IMG/VR virus record: IMGVR_UViG_3300019935_000002
Span: 14,395-78,394 of that record
DNA: 64,000 bases
Source: a virus
Reading direction: 5' to 3' (one strand)
A model generated the notes under the pieces. It was not told the origin of the DNA, ran no database searches, and was given only the letters and a program-made list of their open reading frames with translations. Of this stretch, positions 55,254 to 64,000 are shown in pieces. Position 1 is the stretch's first letter. The number at the start of each line of letters is the position of its first letter. A program made the translations under genes and the position numbers.

Positions 55254-55675
55254 CCAGAATTGAGACAGGCGAGATGATGGTGCAGAAGTTCAGGTACGAC
55301 GAACTGAACCCTGTATTTGAGGGAGACCCAGTAGAGTTCCTGTTATCTGGCTCTCCGGGTGCGTCCAATGAAGACTTAGATCTTCCCTTTATAGAAATGG
55401 AGTGGACGCCAGGCGATGGTAGGTCTATCGGGACTTCACTGCAGACTTTCCAGTACCAAGGGTCAGTCAGTTTCTTGGTGTTCATGCCTAAGGGACTACC
55501 CCCTCACAAGGCCAAGTCCGTGGTGGGGCAGCTTGAGCAGTCCCTTACTCATGCCTACAAAGACTACCCTGAAGGAACCGTCACCTTTGGTAAGGCCAGG
55601 ATCAGACCGATAAGACCTGTAGGGACGTCAGAGATGACTGAAGTTACAGTGGAAACGAATCTCCTGCTAAGGTAG
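55250..55675 (+). CDS. putative tail terminator
   Basis: Position and size. Confidence 0.5.
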   Translation: MTRIETGEMMVQKFRYDELNPVFEGDPVEFLLSGSPGASNEDLDLPFIEMEWTPGDGRSIGTSLQTFQYQGSVSFLVFMPKGLPPHKAKSVVGQLEQSLTHAYKDYPEGTVTFGKARIRPIRPVGTSEMTEVTVETNLLLR

Positions 55676-55710
55676 GATCAGCGCTAAAGACACAAATACA
55701 AGAGGACAGC

Positions 55711-56100
55711 ATGAAATTATCTGCGATCACCAACAAACACCCTGACGGCCAGTGGTTCGAGTACGCTGGAGTGCTAAAGGTTAAGTTGAAGTTTGGCCAA
55801 GGCATAGAGACTAAACTTAACTCTGCTATGGTAGAGTTAACTGTAAAAGCAGGACAGTCAATTGAAGGCAGTGATTTAGAGCCAATTAAGCAGGCAGAGC
55901 AGGAATTCCGGCAGGAAGCCGTCAGACTGATCTGCGAGGACTACTTCCTTGATTTTGAATCAGTAGATGGAAGTCTCGAAGACGACGAAGGAAACGCGGT
56001 GGAAAACACTCTTGCCAACCGAATGATGCTGCTGTCAAAGGTCGAAGACCTACACGACTTTGTCGACGTAAGGATCAGCACCTACTCGTTCTGGACGTAA
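55711..56100 (+). CDS. putative tail assembly chaperone
   Basis: Acidic 129 aa directly before TMP; DGQWF motif. Confidence 0.55.
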   Translation: MKLSAITNKHPDGQWFEYAGVLKVKLKFGQGIETKLNSAMVELTVKAGQSIEGSDLEPIKQAEQEFRQEAVRLICEDYFLDFESVDGSLEDDEGNAVENTLANRMMLLSKVEDLHDFVDVRISTYSFWT

Positions 56101-56132
56101 CCTTCCCGTTAATATCCTGACGCTTTAATGCT

Positions 56133-56165
56133 AAACTCCCGGTATCTGTTATCGGGAGTTTTCTT
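56133..56165 (+). terminator. hairpin/terminator sequestering TMP ribosome-binding site
   Basis: AAACTCCCGGTA-TCTGT-TATCGGGAGTTT-TCTT then ATG. Confidence 0.6.
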
Positions 56166-59100
56166 ATGTCTGAAGAGTACAAAATTGGGTTTAGTACGGA
56201 AGAGTCAGAGGCCAGACTCAGCTCGCTGATCGGCAAGCTAAACTCACTCGCCTATGCTGCGGACAAAGTTGACAGGAGAAGCGTCAACCCGGTAACCGGC
56301 GGGTCCATAAGAAATGTTGATGAGATGAGGAGAAGCCTGGACGGCATGTTCTCTCGCCAGCTATCCCAGGCCCAGAGGCTATTTGCCGAGCACCTGGAGA
56401 GAATCAATCACGAGTCGTCAGCCACTAGTAACGCAGTGGACCGGCTAACCGCATCAATATCCAGGAACAGGAGGGTTACTAGGTCAGCCGCTAGGGACCG
56501 AAGCATGGTTTCTTCCCTCCATTCAAGCGCCCAAGCGACTGCAGCATGGCGAGCAGGCCTTAACGCTGCAGGCACCTCCATGGGTATATTCACCAGCCAG
56601 ACTATTGCCGTGGCCTCGGCTACTTACGCCGCTGTATCAGCTTTCAGGGCCTCAATCACCGCAGGCATCGAGTTCACTGACCTGATGGCGAGAGTCCAGG
56701 CGGTAACAGGCGCGTCCGCGGAAACCCTTGACTGGATGAAGCAGGAGGTTAGGAGCTTTGCAGGAGAGACCATCTTTACTGCTGCGGAAGCAGCTGACGC
56801 TCTCTTGCAGCTGGGCATGGCTGGCCTATCAGCCGAGGAGTCGGTAGCGGCTATGCCTGCGACTCTCAGGCTGGCATCCATCGGCCTGATGTCCACTGGA
56901 GAGGCTGCTGACTTAGCCACCAACGTCATGACCCAGTTTGGCCTTGAGGCTAAGCACTTGGCAGCAGTTGTTGATGACCTGGCTACCGTAGCTAACAACT
57001 CCAACACGTCAGTGTCTCAGCTAGGGCTGGCCCTTTCTTACACCGGCCCTGCAGCTGCCTCTGCCAACGTTCACATCACAGAGACAGTAGCGGCTATCGG
57101 TTCGCTTGCCTCTGCAGGCATTAAAGGTTCCCGCGCAGGTACGGCTATGCGCCGTGTAATATCAATGTTGGTCGCTCCGACCGAAAAAGCCCAGAAAGTG
57201 CTAGCCAAGCTGGGGGTGTCAACCAAGGACTTGGAGGGTAATGCAAGGCCGCTAGGCGACGTGTTGGAGGATCTTTCGGCTGCTGGCGTAGATTACGCTG
57301 ACGCCGTTGATCTGGTTACCCTGAGACAGTCTCAAGGCCTGCTCGCGCTGACCAGCAACACAGAAAAGTACCGAGAGCTTGAAGAGCAGCAGCACAAAAA
57401 TACGGGCGCTGCTGAAAAGTTCCAGAAAACCATCGAGGACACACTAGGGGCGGATTTTAAGCTTCTGGTTTCTGCTGCCTATGAGCAGATGCTGAAGTTC
57501 TTTGACGCCAATGAAGACGGTTTCCGGTCGATGGTCCAGGAAGCCACTGAATTCGTTAAGTCCCTAGACGTCGATAAGATCAATGCCTTCCTTCATAACC
57601 TGAAAGACGGAGCCATCACGGCAGCCAAGGCACTTGCCGGACTATGGGTCACCAGTAAAGTATTCGGCCTCGTCAGCGCTGTGGCAGCTCTAAGCAGCAA
57701 TCTGCAGCACTTGGGCGGGGTGTCAGGGGCTACCAGGAAGGGGCTTTCAGCCTTAATGAGAGTGGCTGCAAGGCTGCACCCAGCTCTACTGGCCCTTACC
57801 GTGGCAGGCGGAGGCCTAGCCTACGCTATGTACCAGACACAGCGTAGAACAGCAGCAGCAGCCAGCGAGCTTGAAAGGGTAACCAGCCTAGCCGACAAGT
57901 ATAGACGGACAACCGAGCAGCTGACTAAGGCTCAGAAGGAAAGCCGATACGAAGCCCTCAAGCAGCGGGAAAACGAGATTCAAAGTCAGCTGAACGTTTC
58001 GTTCGAGGAAGATGCGACGCTTAACCAGCTACGTCCAGGCTATCAGAATCTGGTAGACGCTGGGCACGGAGACTCTGAGCCCGCCAGAGCTATTAAGGCG
58101 CTTATTGATAGGCGCCTAGTGCAAATAGCCGAGATGAAGGCAAAATCCGCAGAACTAAGCTCTGAGCTCCAGGAAGTTCAGAGGGAGCTGAACGAAGTAG
58201 GGGAAGCTATAGGCATCCCCGCCAAAGCCCTGAAGGACCATGGGAACCAGTATGACCTGCTGACTGAAAAAATTTCTAAGTTTGTGGATAAGGAGACTAC
58301 GGCCTCAGAAAAGGTGGCCCTCTACAAGAAAGCCTTAGACGCTGCGAATGCGAGTGTGAAGGACTACAGCAAAGAGCTGACCGCCGCTAATGACCAAGTT
58401 AATAGGGAACACCAGCTCAAAGAGAAGAGCATTCGCGTTGAACTGGAGATGCACAACCGTAGACTTCAAAACCTTCAGGCCTATGCGGCCAAGGAAAAGG
58501 AAGCACTTGCGCAAAGAAGAGCCAACTTCAACCGCTTCGCAGGGATGTCAAAGGCTGCCTACGTAGGAGAAGGAGGCAGTCTAACTCAAGCCAGGGAGGC
58601 TGTAATCTCTGCCGAGCTAGACCGACTGTTCAAGTCTGAGCAGGGACTGAGCGCCGCAGGGGGTGAGGACTACATCCTCGATCTGTACGAAGAGCGTACT
58701 AAGCTGGAGGAGGAGTACGCGAAGCTGCAAGAAGAGCTGAGCAAGAAGTCAGCTGATCTGAGAAAGGACGAGCTGACTTTAGCAGCTGAGCTGACTTCTA
58801 CTGAACTGAAGCTGTCAGATACTAGGATTCAAGCCATAGCCTCGTACTCTAAAGGTTTAGTATCGTCGAGGGTCCTGCTGGAGAGGGTAACCGAGGCGAA
58901 TGACAAGTATGTGAAGTCGGTCAAGAAAGCCAATGAAACCTTCAAGCCCGGCTCGACTGCTCACTCAGAAGCGCTGGAACAAGCCAAGAAGGAGTTTGAT
59001 GACGACCTCTACTCGGCAGCCGGAACTGCCGGAGAGAGATTCGCCGCTAACTTGCTGGACAACCTGTCTGGAATAGGTCAAAGCGTAGCTGACGCTGTGG

Positions 59101-61721
59101 CATCAGGGGATTACTCCGGATTAAGGGACGCTCTACAGGCCGCACTATCCGGTGCTATAGGTAAGAGCATAGGCGACGCCGTCACTCAGTCCCTAGGCGA
59201 CAACCTAGGCGGACTGATGGGCAACGTGGCCGGAGACTCGGTCAAGGGCATGTTCGGCAAGGCTGCGGGGGGCATACTCGGCGGAGTGGCCGGAGGTGCT
59301 GTCGCCGGCATCGTGACGGGGTTAATGAAAGGCAGTAAAACCGAAATCACGGGCAAGGGTTACAGGATAGGTATAGAGGCCGGTAAGATATTCTCCGCCG
59401 AGCTTAGTACGTCCTTCAAAAAGTCTTCAATGTTCGGCAGTAGGAGATGGACCGAATATCAGAACATGAGGCTAGCTGAGTCAGACAACCTGGCTAGCTC
59501 AGTAGCAGAATTGAACGAACAGTTCACACAGGGCGCTAGCAGCATGGGGCATGCTGTTAACCTATGGACGGGTCAGTTAAAGAATAAAAATGCGGACATC
59601 AGCGCAGCCCTGACAGAACTCTCTGAGGAGACCGCCAAAGCTCAAATGGCAGCGCTGGAGAAGTTCCAGCAGGTCGGGGAGACAGCGGCAGAGACCTACC
59701 TGGACATGGTCGACAGGTACCAAACCATTCAGGAGGGGTTCCGAGTATCTGGTATGGATTTGGGCGCCGCCTCTCAGGGCTACATCGCCACAGAGTCCAG
59801 CAGGCTGGCAGACGAGTATGAGAAGCAGTACCAGGACTATTTGCGTACAGAGAAGCTAATCACTTCCCATATAGCGTCCAGGGTGACAACTGGAGATAAG
59901 TTCAACGAAGCTGCAGTTGAGATGTACATGGGTATGCTGGAAACCATGACACCTGACGAGCTGATAAACAGCCTAGAGCCCGGCAAGGCAAGGTTCATAG
60001 ATGGAGACAATTTAGCGTCTTGGCTAGCCTACAATGACGCTAAGAAAAGACTTAAGAATGAAGTGTACCCTGTAGCGGAGGACGCTGCGGAAATCCTGAA
60101 ACGCATGGGGGACGTCTACAAAGAGGCTACCGAGAACTTTAACCAAGAGTTGATAGGCGCCATTGCTGACGTGGAAAACCTGACCACCGACGAGGCTGAG
60201 GATAGGTTCGGGCAGCTGGCAGCCTCTTTTGCAGAGAACTACCTATCTGCACAAGAAAGGCTAGAGAACACGAGGAAGCTGACAGAGTTCAGACTGGCTC
60301 AGCTGGACGTAGGGATAGGTATGGACTCCTCCGTTGAGGATGTCAGGGCGGTTATAGACTCACTTAAAAGCAGCCCAGCTGACCTCGGCAAGGCTTACCT
60401 GGCCGCTGAGTATCTTAAGGTGTACACAGATGCCGTAGAAGATTCAGCCAACGCCGTAAGGGAGCTCGACACAGGACCGTGGGACAACCTGACGAAAGTA
60501 GTTAACAGAGAGATGGAGGCTTTAAACCTCCTTAAAGACGCCGCTGAGTCCTCTCTATCAGGTATCAGGGTGGCTATTGATGCAGAGATGGAACTTAATG
60601 CCTCGCGGCAGGAAGCTGTAAAGGAACAGGTCAAGCTGTCCGAGGAGGCAGTTAACCGTCTTAAATCCCTGTACGACAAACTGGACTCAGCCCTGTACGG
60701 GATGTCTAATCTGTCGGAGGCTCAGAAGTACAGCCAAGCTCAGCAGGAGCTTGCAGATGCCCTGAACTTGGCAAGGACCACAGGTGAGCTTCCGCTTGAC
60801 GGAGAAATAGACCGGGCACTGTCAGTGGTGCAGGGGGTGGATTCCTCTGCCTTCAGTTCTGCGGCTCAGATGGCTTTTGAGCAGGCCAAGACGGCCAACC
60901 AGATACAGAGTCTGAGAGACATAACAGGAGATCAGCTCAGCTACGAAGAGTCAGCCCTGCAGGCAGCTAACGCTCAGCTAGAGGCCCTTGAGGCCCAATC
61001 GGACAGGCTCGACGACGTCTACAGTACAGCCGAACGTCAATTACGTGCAGCGCTAGGCACTGATCAGGGTGTGCTTAGCCTAGGGGACGCGCTCGATAAA
61101 TTTGCGGACGACTTACTCGCCCTAGACGAAGCGGATTACGCTGAAAAGATGGGGTATTATGAGGACTCGTTGGAGTACTACCGCAAGATACTGGAAACTC
61201 TGCAGTCTGGGTACACGGCAGATACAGTAGCTGGAGCAGTATCCGATGTAGAGGCAGCTGCACAAGCGGCGGTGTCTGATGAGGATATTATCTGGAGAGT
61301 CAACGAGATAATAGGCAGGTTCGGAGGGGTTACTGACGAAGCCGCCATGGAGATGTACAATACCGCCAAGGCGTTCGGAGTTTCCCTCGAAAGACTCAGA
61401 CCTTTTCTGCCTGAGCAAGACCAGCTGAACATGGAAGGATGGTTATCGGGCCACAGTCTGCCTAAGTTTGCAGCTGGAGGGTTGCACTCAGGAGGGTTTA
61501 GGCTAGTAGGGGAGAACGGGCCAGAAGTTGAGGCAGTGGGTCCGGCTAGGTACTACTCAGCTGGGCAGACTAGACAGCTTCTGTCAGGCGGAGCTGATAA
61601 CGGGCGTATCGCTGAAATGGCTGACGCTCTAAAATCAGTTGATTCCAATACAGAGCAGCTGAGAAGAGATATTCGACAGTGGTCCGTGCTCGGGTTACCC
61701 CCGACGAGGCAGACAGTCTAA
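56166..61721 (+). CDS. tail tape measure protein
   Basis: 1851 aa, TP901-type core (GIKGSRAGTAMR), coiled coils, FAAGG...VGENGPE C-terminus. Confidence 0.95.
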   Translation: MSEEYKIGFSTEESEARLSSLIGKLNSLAYAADKVDRRSVNPVTGGSIRNVDEMRRSLDGMFSRQLSQAQRLFAEHLERINHESSATSNAVDRLTASISRNRRVTRSAARDRSMVSSLHSSAQATAAWRAGLNAAGTSMGIFTSQTIAVASATYAAVSAFRASITAGIEFTDLMARVQAVTGASAETLDWMKQEVRSFAGETIFTAAEAADALLQLGMAGLSAEESVAAMPATLRLASIGLMSTGEAADLATNVMTQFGLEAKHLAAVVDDLATVANNSNTSVSQLGLALSYTGPAAASANVHITETVAAIGSLASAGIKGSRAGTAMRRVISMLVAPTEKAQKVLAKLGVSTKDLEGNARPLGDVLEDLSAAGVDYADAVDLVTLRQSQGLLALTSNTEKYRELEEQQHKNTGAAEKFQKTIEDTLGADFKLLVSAAYEQMLKFFDANEDGFRSMVQEATEFVKSLDVDKINAFLHNLKDGAITAAKALAGLWVTSKVFGLVSAVAALSSNLQHLGGVSGATRKGLSALMRVAARLHPALLALTVAGGGLAYAMYQTQRRTAAAASELERVTSLADKYRRTTEQLTKAQKESRYEALKQRENEIQSQLNVSFEEDATLNQLRPGYQNLVDAGHGDSEPARAIKALIDRRLVQIAEMKAKSAELSSELQEVQRELNEVGEAIGIPAKALKDHGNQYDLLTEKISKFVDKETTASEKVALYKKALDAANASVKDYSKELTAANDQVNREHQLKEKSIRVELEMHNRRLQNLQAYAAKEKEALAQRRANFNRFAGMSKAAYVGEGGSLTQAREAVISAELDRLFKSEQGLSAAGGEDYILDLYEERTKLEEEYAKLQEELSKKSADLRKDELTLAAELTSTELKLSDTRIQAIASYSKGLVSSRVLLERVTEANDKYVKSVKKANETFKPGSTAHSEALEQAKKEFDDDLYSAAGTAGERFAANLLDNLSGIGQSVADAVASGDYSGLRDALQAALSGAIGKSIGDAVTQSLGDNLGGLMGNVAGDSVKGMFGKAAGGILGGVAGGAVAGIVTGLMKGSKTEITGKGYRIGIEAGKIFSAELSTSFKKSSMFGSRRWTEYQNMRLAESDNLASSVAELNEQFTQGASSMGHAVNLWTGQLKNKNADISAALTELSEETAKAQMAALEKFQQVGETAAETYLDMVDRYQTIQEGFRVSGMDLGAASQGYIATESSRLADEYEKQYQDYLRTEKLITSHIASRVTTGDKFNEAAVEMYMGMLETMTPDELINSLEPGKARFIDGDNLASWLAYNDAKKRLKNEVYPVAEDAAEILKRMGDVYKEATENFNQELIGAIADVENLTTDEAEDRFGQLAASFAENYLSAQERLENTRKLTEFRLAQLDVGIGMDSSVEDVRAVIDSLKSSPADLGKAYLAAEYLKVYTDAVEDSANAVRELDTGPWDNLTKVVNREMEALNLLKDAAESSLSGIRVAIDAEMELNASRQEAVKEQVKLSEEAVNRLKSLYDKLDSALYGMSNLSEAQKYSQAQQELADALNLARTTGELPLDGEIDRALSVVQGVDSSAFSSAAQMAFEQAKTANQIQSLRDITGDQLSYEESALQAANAQLEALEAQSDRLDDVYSTAERQLRAALGTDQGVLSLGDALDKFADDLLALDEADYAEKMGYYEDSLEYYRKILETLQSGYTADTVAGAVSDVEAAAQAAVSDEDIIWRVNEIIGRFGGVTDEAAMEMYNTAKAFGVSLERLRPFLPEQDQLNMEGWLSGHSLPKFAAGGLHSGGFRLVGENGPEVEAVGPARYYSAGQTRQLLSGGADNGRIAEMADALKSVDSNTEQLRRDIRQWSVLGLPPTRQTV

Positions 61722-61730
61722 GGTAAACGT

Positions 61731-62648
61731 ATGAGCCAGATGAGTATGTCCATACCACAAATGATAGACGATAGTACATTGTTGTCGTCTAATGCTGTGG
61801 ATGAGGCAATAGACCAGTGGGTAGCCGGCACTTACGTCACGGGTACGCAGAAAATATACGAGCAACAGGTATGGAAAGTAGCTGCGGACCCGAGCACGGA
61901 TGACAGACCCGACATAGGTGCGGAGAAAGAAATACCTACATGGACTAGGATGGGGTGGGTCAACACTTACCGCATGTTTAGGGATGGAGTAGATTCCAAG
62001 ACCACAGCAACCGGGAATCTTGAGGTGAGCCTGTCACAGACGGGCAACAACACCTTAGTTGTGCTGCTAGGGGCTGAAGGGTTTGAGGCTGTTTTGGAAC
62101 TTCTTGACGAAGTGGGACAGCCCATACCCGAGTACACTGAAACTAAGCCCCTAATAGACTACTTAGTCGACAACACCGAGGACTGGTGCTTCAAAGACCC
62201 AGTGCTCTATGAGGAAGTGGTCTTTGAGTTACCAATAGGATTCAGCACCAACGACGTAAGGGTCACTATAGTGGCAGGTAGCCCAACCGACCCAACAGCA
62301 TGTGGAAGGCTGCTGTTGGCGGAGGAAAGGACGCTAGGGATAACCAATTACGGCACGGAGGTGTCGGCACTGAGCGGGTCTGAGATCACCAGAGATGGGT
62401 TCAACAATCTAATACTCGATAAGAAACGAACAGTAAAGCTGGTAGACTACAAAGTGACCGTGGAGACGCTTTTAGTATCTACGGTTAGGTCTGCACTGGC
62501 GGCTGCCGATGCCACGGAAGCCCTGTTCATCGGCAGCTCCATACCCGGGTATGGAGCTACTATCGTATTTGGCATCTACCGCGACTTTAGAACTGTGTAC
62601 GAAAATAAATCGATATCTGACATGACACTGACTGTGGAGGGTCTGTAA
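61731..62648 (+). CDS. distal tail/tail tip protein
   Basis: Position after TMP. Confidence 0.6.
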   Translation: MSQMSMSIPQMIDDSTLLSSNAVDEAIDQWVAGTYVTGTQKIYEQQVWKVAADPSTDDRPDIGAEKEIPTWTRMGWVNTYRMFRDGVDSKTTATGNLEVSLSQTGNNTLVVLLGAEGFEAVLELLDEVGQPIPEYTETKPLIDYLVDNTEDWCFKDPVLYEEVVFELPIGFSTNDVRVTIVAGSPTDPTACGRLLLAEERTLGITNYGTEVSALSGSEITRDGFNNLILDKKRTVKLVDYKVTVETLLVSTVRSALAAADATEALFIGSSIPGYGATIVFGIYRDFRTVYENKSISDMTLTVEGL

Positions 62649-64000
62649 TGGCCTCAGTACTGCCGGACAAACCTACACTTACCCCTATAACATTCGACCT
62701 GCCTCAAAAGGGCCAGGTTAAGTCTGTATTTACGCCCAACTTTAACAACTTCATCTCTTGGACACCCAACTTCCAGCAGAACCTGCAAGACGCTATAGAT
62801 TGGATGGAGACTGTGTCGGATTACGTGGAGGCATGGTCGGCCACAGTAGAGCAGACGGCTGTCGAGGTGGCGCAGAATGCAGCGCTTGCCGAGGAGTACA
62901 GAGACAGCGCGGTGGAAGCGAAAAACCTGGCCGAGGCGGCGGTGGCATCCCTCCCAGAGGGAACTATCGACGACTTGATTACGTCTGAAACTACGACGTG
63001 GTCTAGTTATGAGATTAATAAAAGACTGGCCACTGCTGGAGGGGTGCAGGAGTTTACTGCAAGCGGTTCGATACCTGACGGAAGGACAGTCAGATTGAAT
63101 GGAGATGGGACGGTGAGCGTGATTAGCGGGGTACCCACTGAGGCTGGGACTTCTGTTGTTTTTAATAGCGCTAGCACCTTTTACATCTCAGCTACATTTG
63201 ACTCTATCTCAAATAAAGTTGTCATTGCTTATACGGATAATGGCAACTCTAATTACGGTACAGCAGTGGTTGGTACAGTATCAGGGACAAGTATCACATT
63301 CGGCACTCCTGTTGTTTTTGAGAGTGCTAGTGTCACATACATCTCAGCCACATTTGACTCTATCTCAAATAAAGTTGTCATTGCTTATACGGATAATGGC
63401 AACTCTAGTTACGGTACAGCAGTGGTTGGTACAGTATCAGGGACAAGTATCACATTCGGCACTCCTGTTGTTTTTGAGAGTGCTAATTGCGCATATACCA
63501 CAGCTACATTCGACTCCAACTCAAATAAAGTTGTCATTGCTTATGCGGATGGCAACTCTTTTTACGGCACGGCCGTGGTTGGTACAGTATCAGGGACAAG
63601 TATCACATTCGGCACTCCTGTTGTTTTTGAAAGCGCTAGTTCCATATATACCACAGCTACATTCGACTCCAACTCAAATAAAGTTGTTATTACTTACAGG
63701 GATAATGGCAACTCTAGTTACGGTACAGCAGTGGTTGGTACAGTATCAGGGACAAGTATCACATTCGGCACTCCTGTTGTTTTTGAGAGTGCTGGTTTAT
63801 CATACATCTCAGCTACATTTGACTCTATCTCAAATAAAGTTGTCATTGCTTATACGGATAATGGCAACTCTAATTACGGTACAGCAGTGGTTGGTACAGT
63901 ATCAGGGACAAGTATCACATTCGGCACTCCTGTTGTTTTTGAGAGTGCTGGTTTATCATACATCTCAGCTACATTTGACTCTATCTCAAATAAAGTTGTC
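62648..64000 (+). CDS. tail fibre/receptor-binding protein (partial)
   Basis: Not in ORF track; open from ATG 62648 to window end; helical N-terminus then 52-aa beta repeats. Confidence 0.85.
   Translation, partial: MASVLPDKPTLTPITFDLPQKGQVKSVFTPNFNNFISWTPNFQQNLQDAIDWMETVSDYVEAWSATVEQTAVEVAQNAALAEEYRDSAVEAKNLAEAAVASLPEGTIDDLITSETTTWSSYEINKRLATAGGVQEFTASGSIPDGRTVRLNGDGTVSVISGVPTEAGTSVVFNSASTFYISATFDSISNKVVIAYTDNGNSNYGTAVVGTVSGTSITFGTPVVFESASVTYISATFDSISNKVVIAYTDNGNSSYGTAVVGTVSGTSITFGTPVVFESANCAYTTATFDSNSNKVVIAYADGNSFYGTAVVGTVSGTSITFGTPVVFESASSIYTTATFDSNSNKVVITYRDNGNSSYGTAVVGTVSGTSITFGTPVVFESAGLSYISATFDSISNKVVIAYTDNGNSNYGTAVVGTVSGTSITFGTPVVFESAGLSYISATFDSISNKVV
63150..64000 (+). repeat. 156-bp tandem coding repeats (more than 5 units, one of 153 bp)
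   Basis: Unit starts 63182, 63338, 63494, 63647, 63803, 63959; YISATFDSISNKVVIAYTDNGNSNYGTAVVGTVSGTSITFGTPVVFESA. Confidence 0.97.

Noticed and set aside
63150-64000. Diversity-generating retroelement TR/VR pair
   Set aside because: No reverse transcriptase in window; repeats are in-frame tandem units and differences are not confined to adenines

Overview
64 kb of a tailed dsDNA phage genome, siphovirus-like (1851-aa tape measure, no sheath), probably infecting a gammaproteobacterium (CsrA, sigma70 promoters, boxA and Zur-like motifs). No integrase or repressor is visible. Left arm (1-38300, minus strand): replication module (Pol I-like polymerase with fused 5'-3' exonuclease, SSB-like protein, SNF2-type helicase, AEP primase-helicase, Dda-like helicase, DEDDh exonuclease, dUTPase), host-like regulators (GroES, TraR/DksA, CsrA) and about 50 small early genes. 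Centre (35460-38620): AT-rich non-coding DNA with ~11-bp phased repeat arrays, plus an unusual transcription unit built like an rRNA operon (promoter, boxA, stem-enclosed small RNA, second boxA, 28-bp perfect stem enclosing one ORF, terminator). Right arm (plus strand): thyA; a promoter-driven RNA/anti-defence cluster (~660-nt structured ncRNA with a tRNA-like 3' module, Tad1-family sponge, 4 tRNAs); M15 peptidase, DHFR fusion, HU; an inverted gpA-type terminase; then portal, S49 protease, scaffold, capsid, neck genes, tape measure and a repeat-rich fibre running off the window. All family calls come from motif recognition by eye, not database searches.
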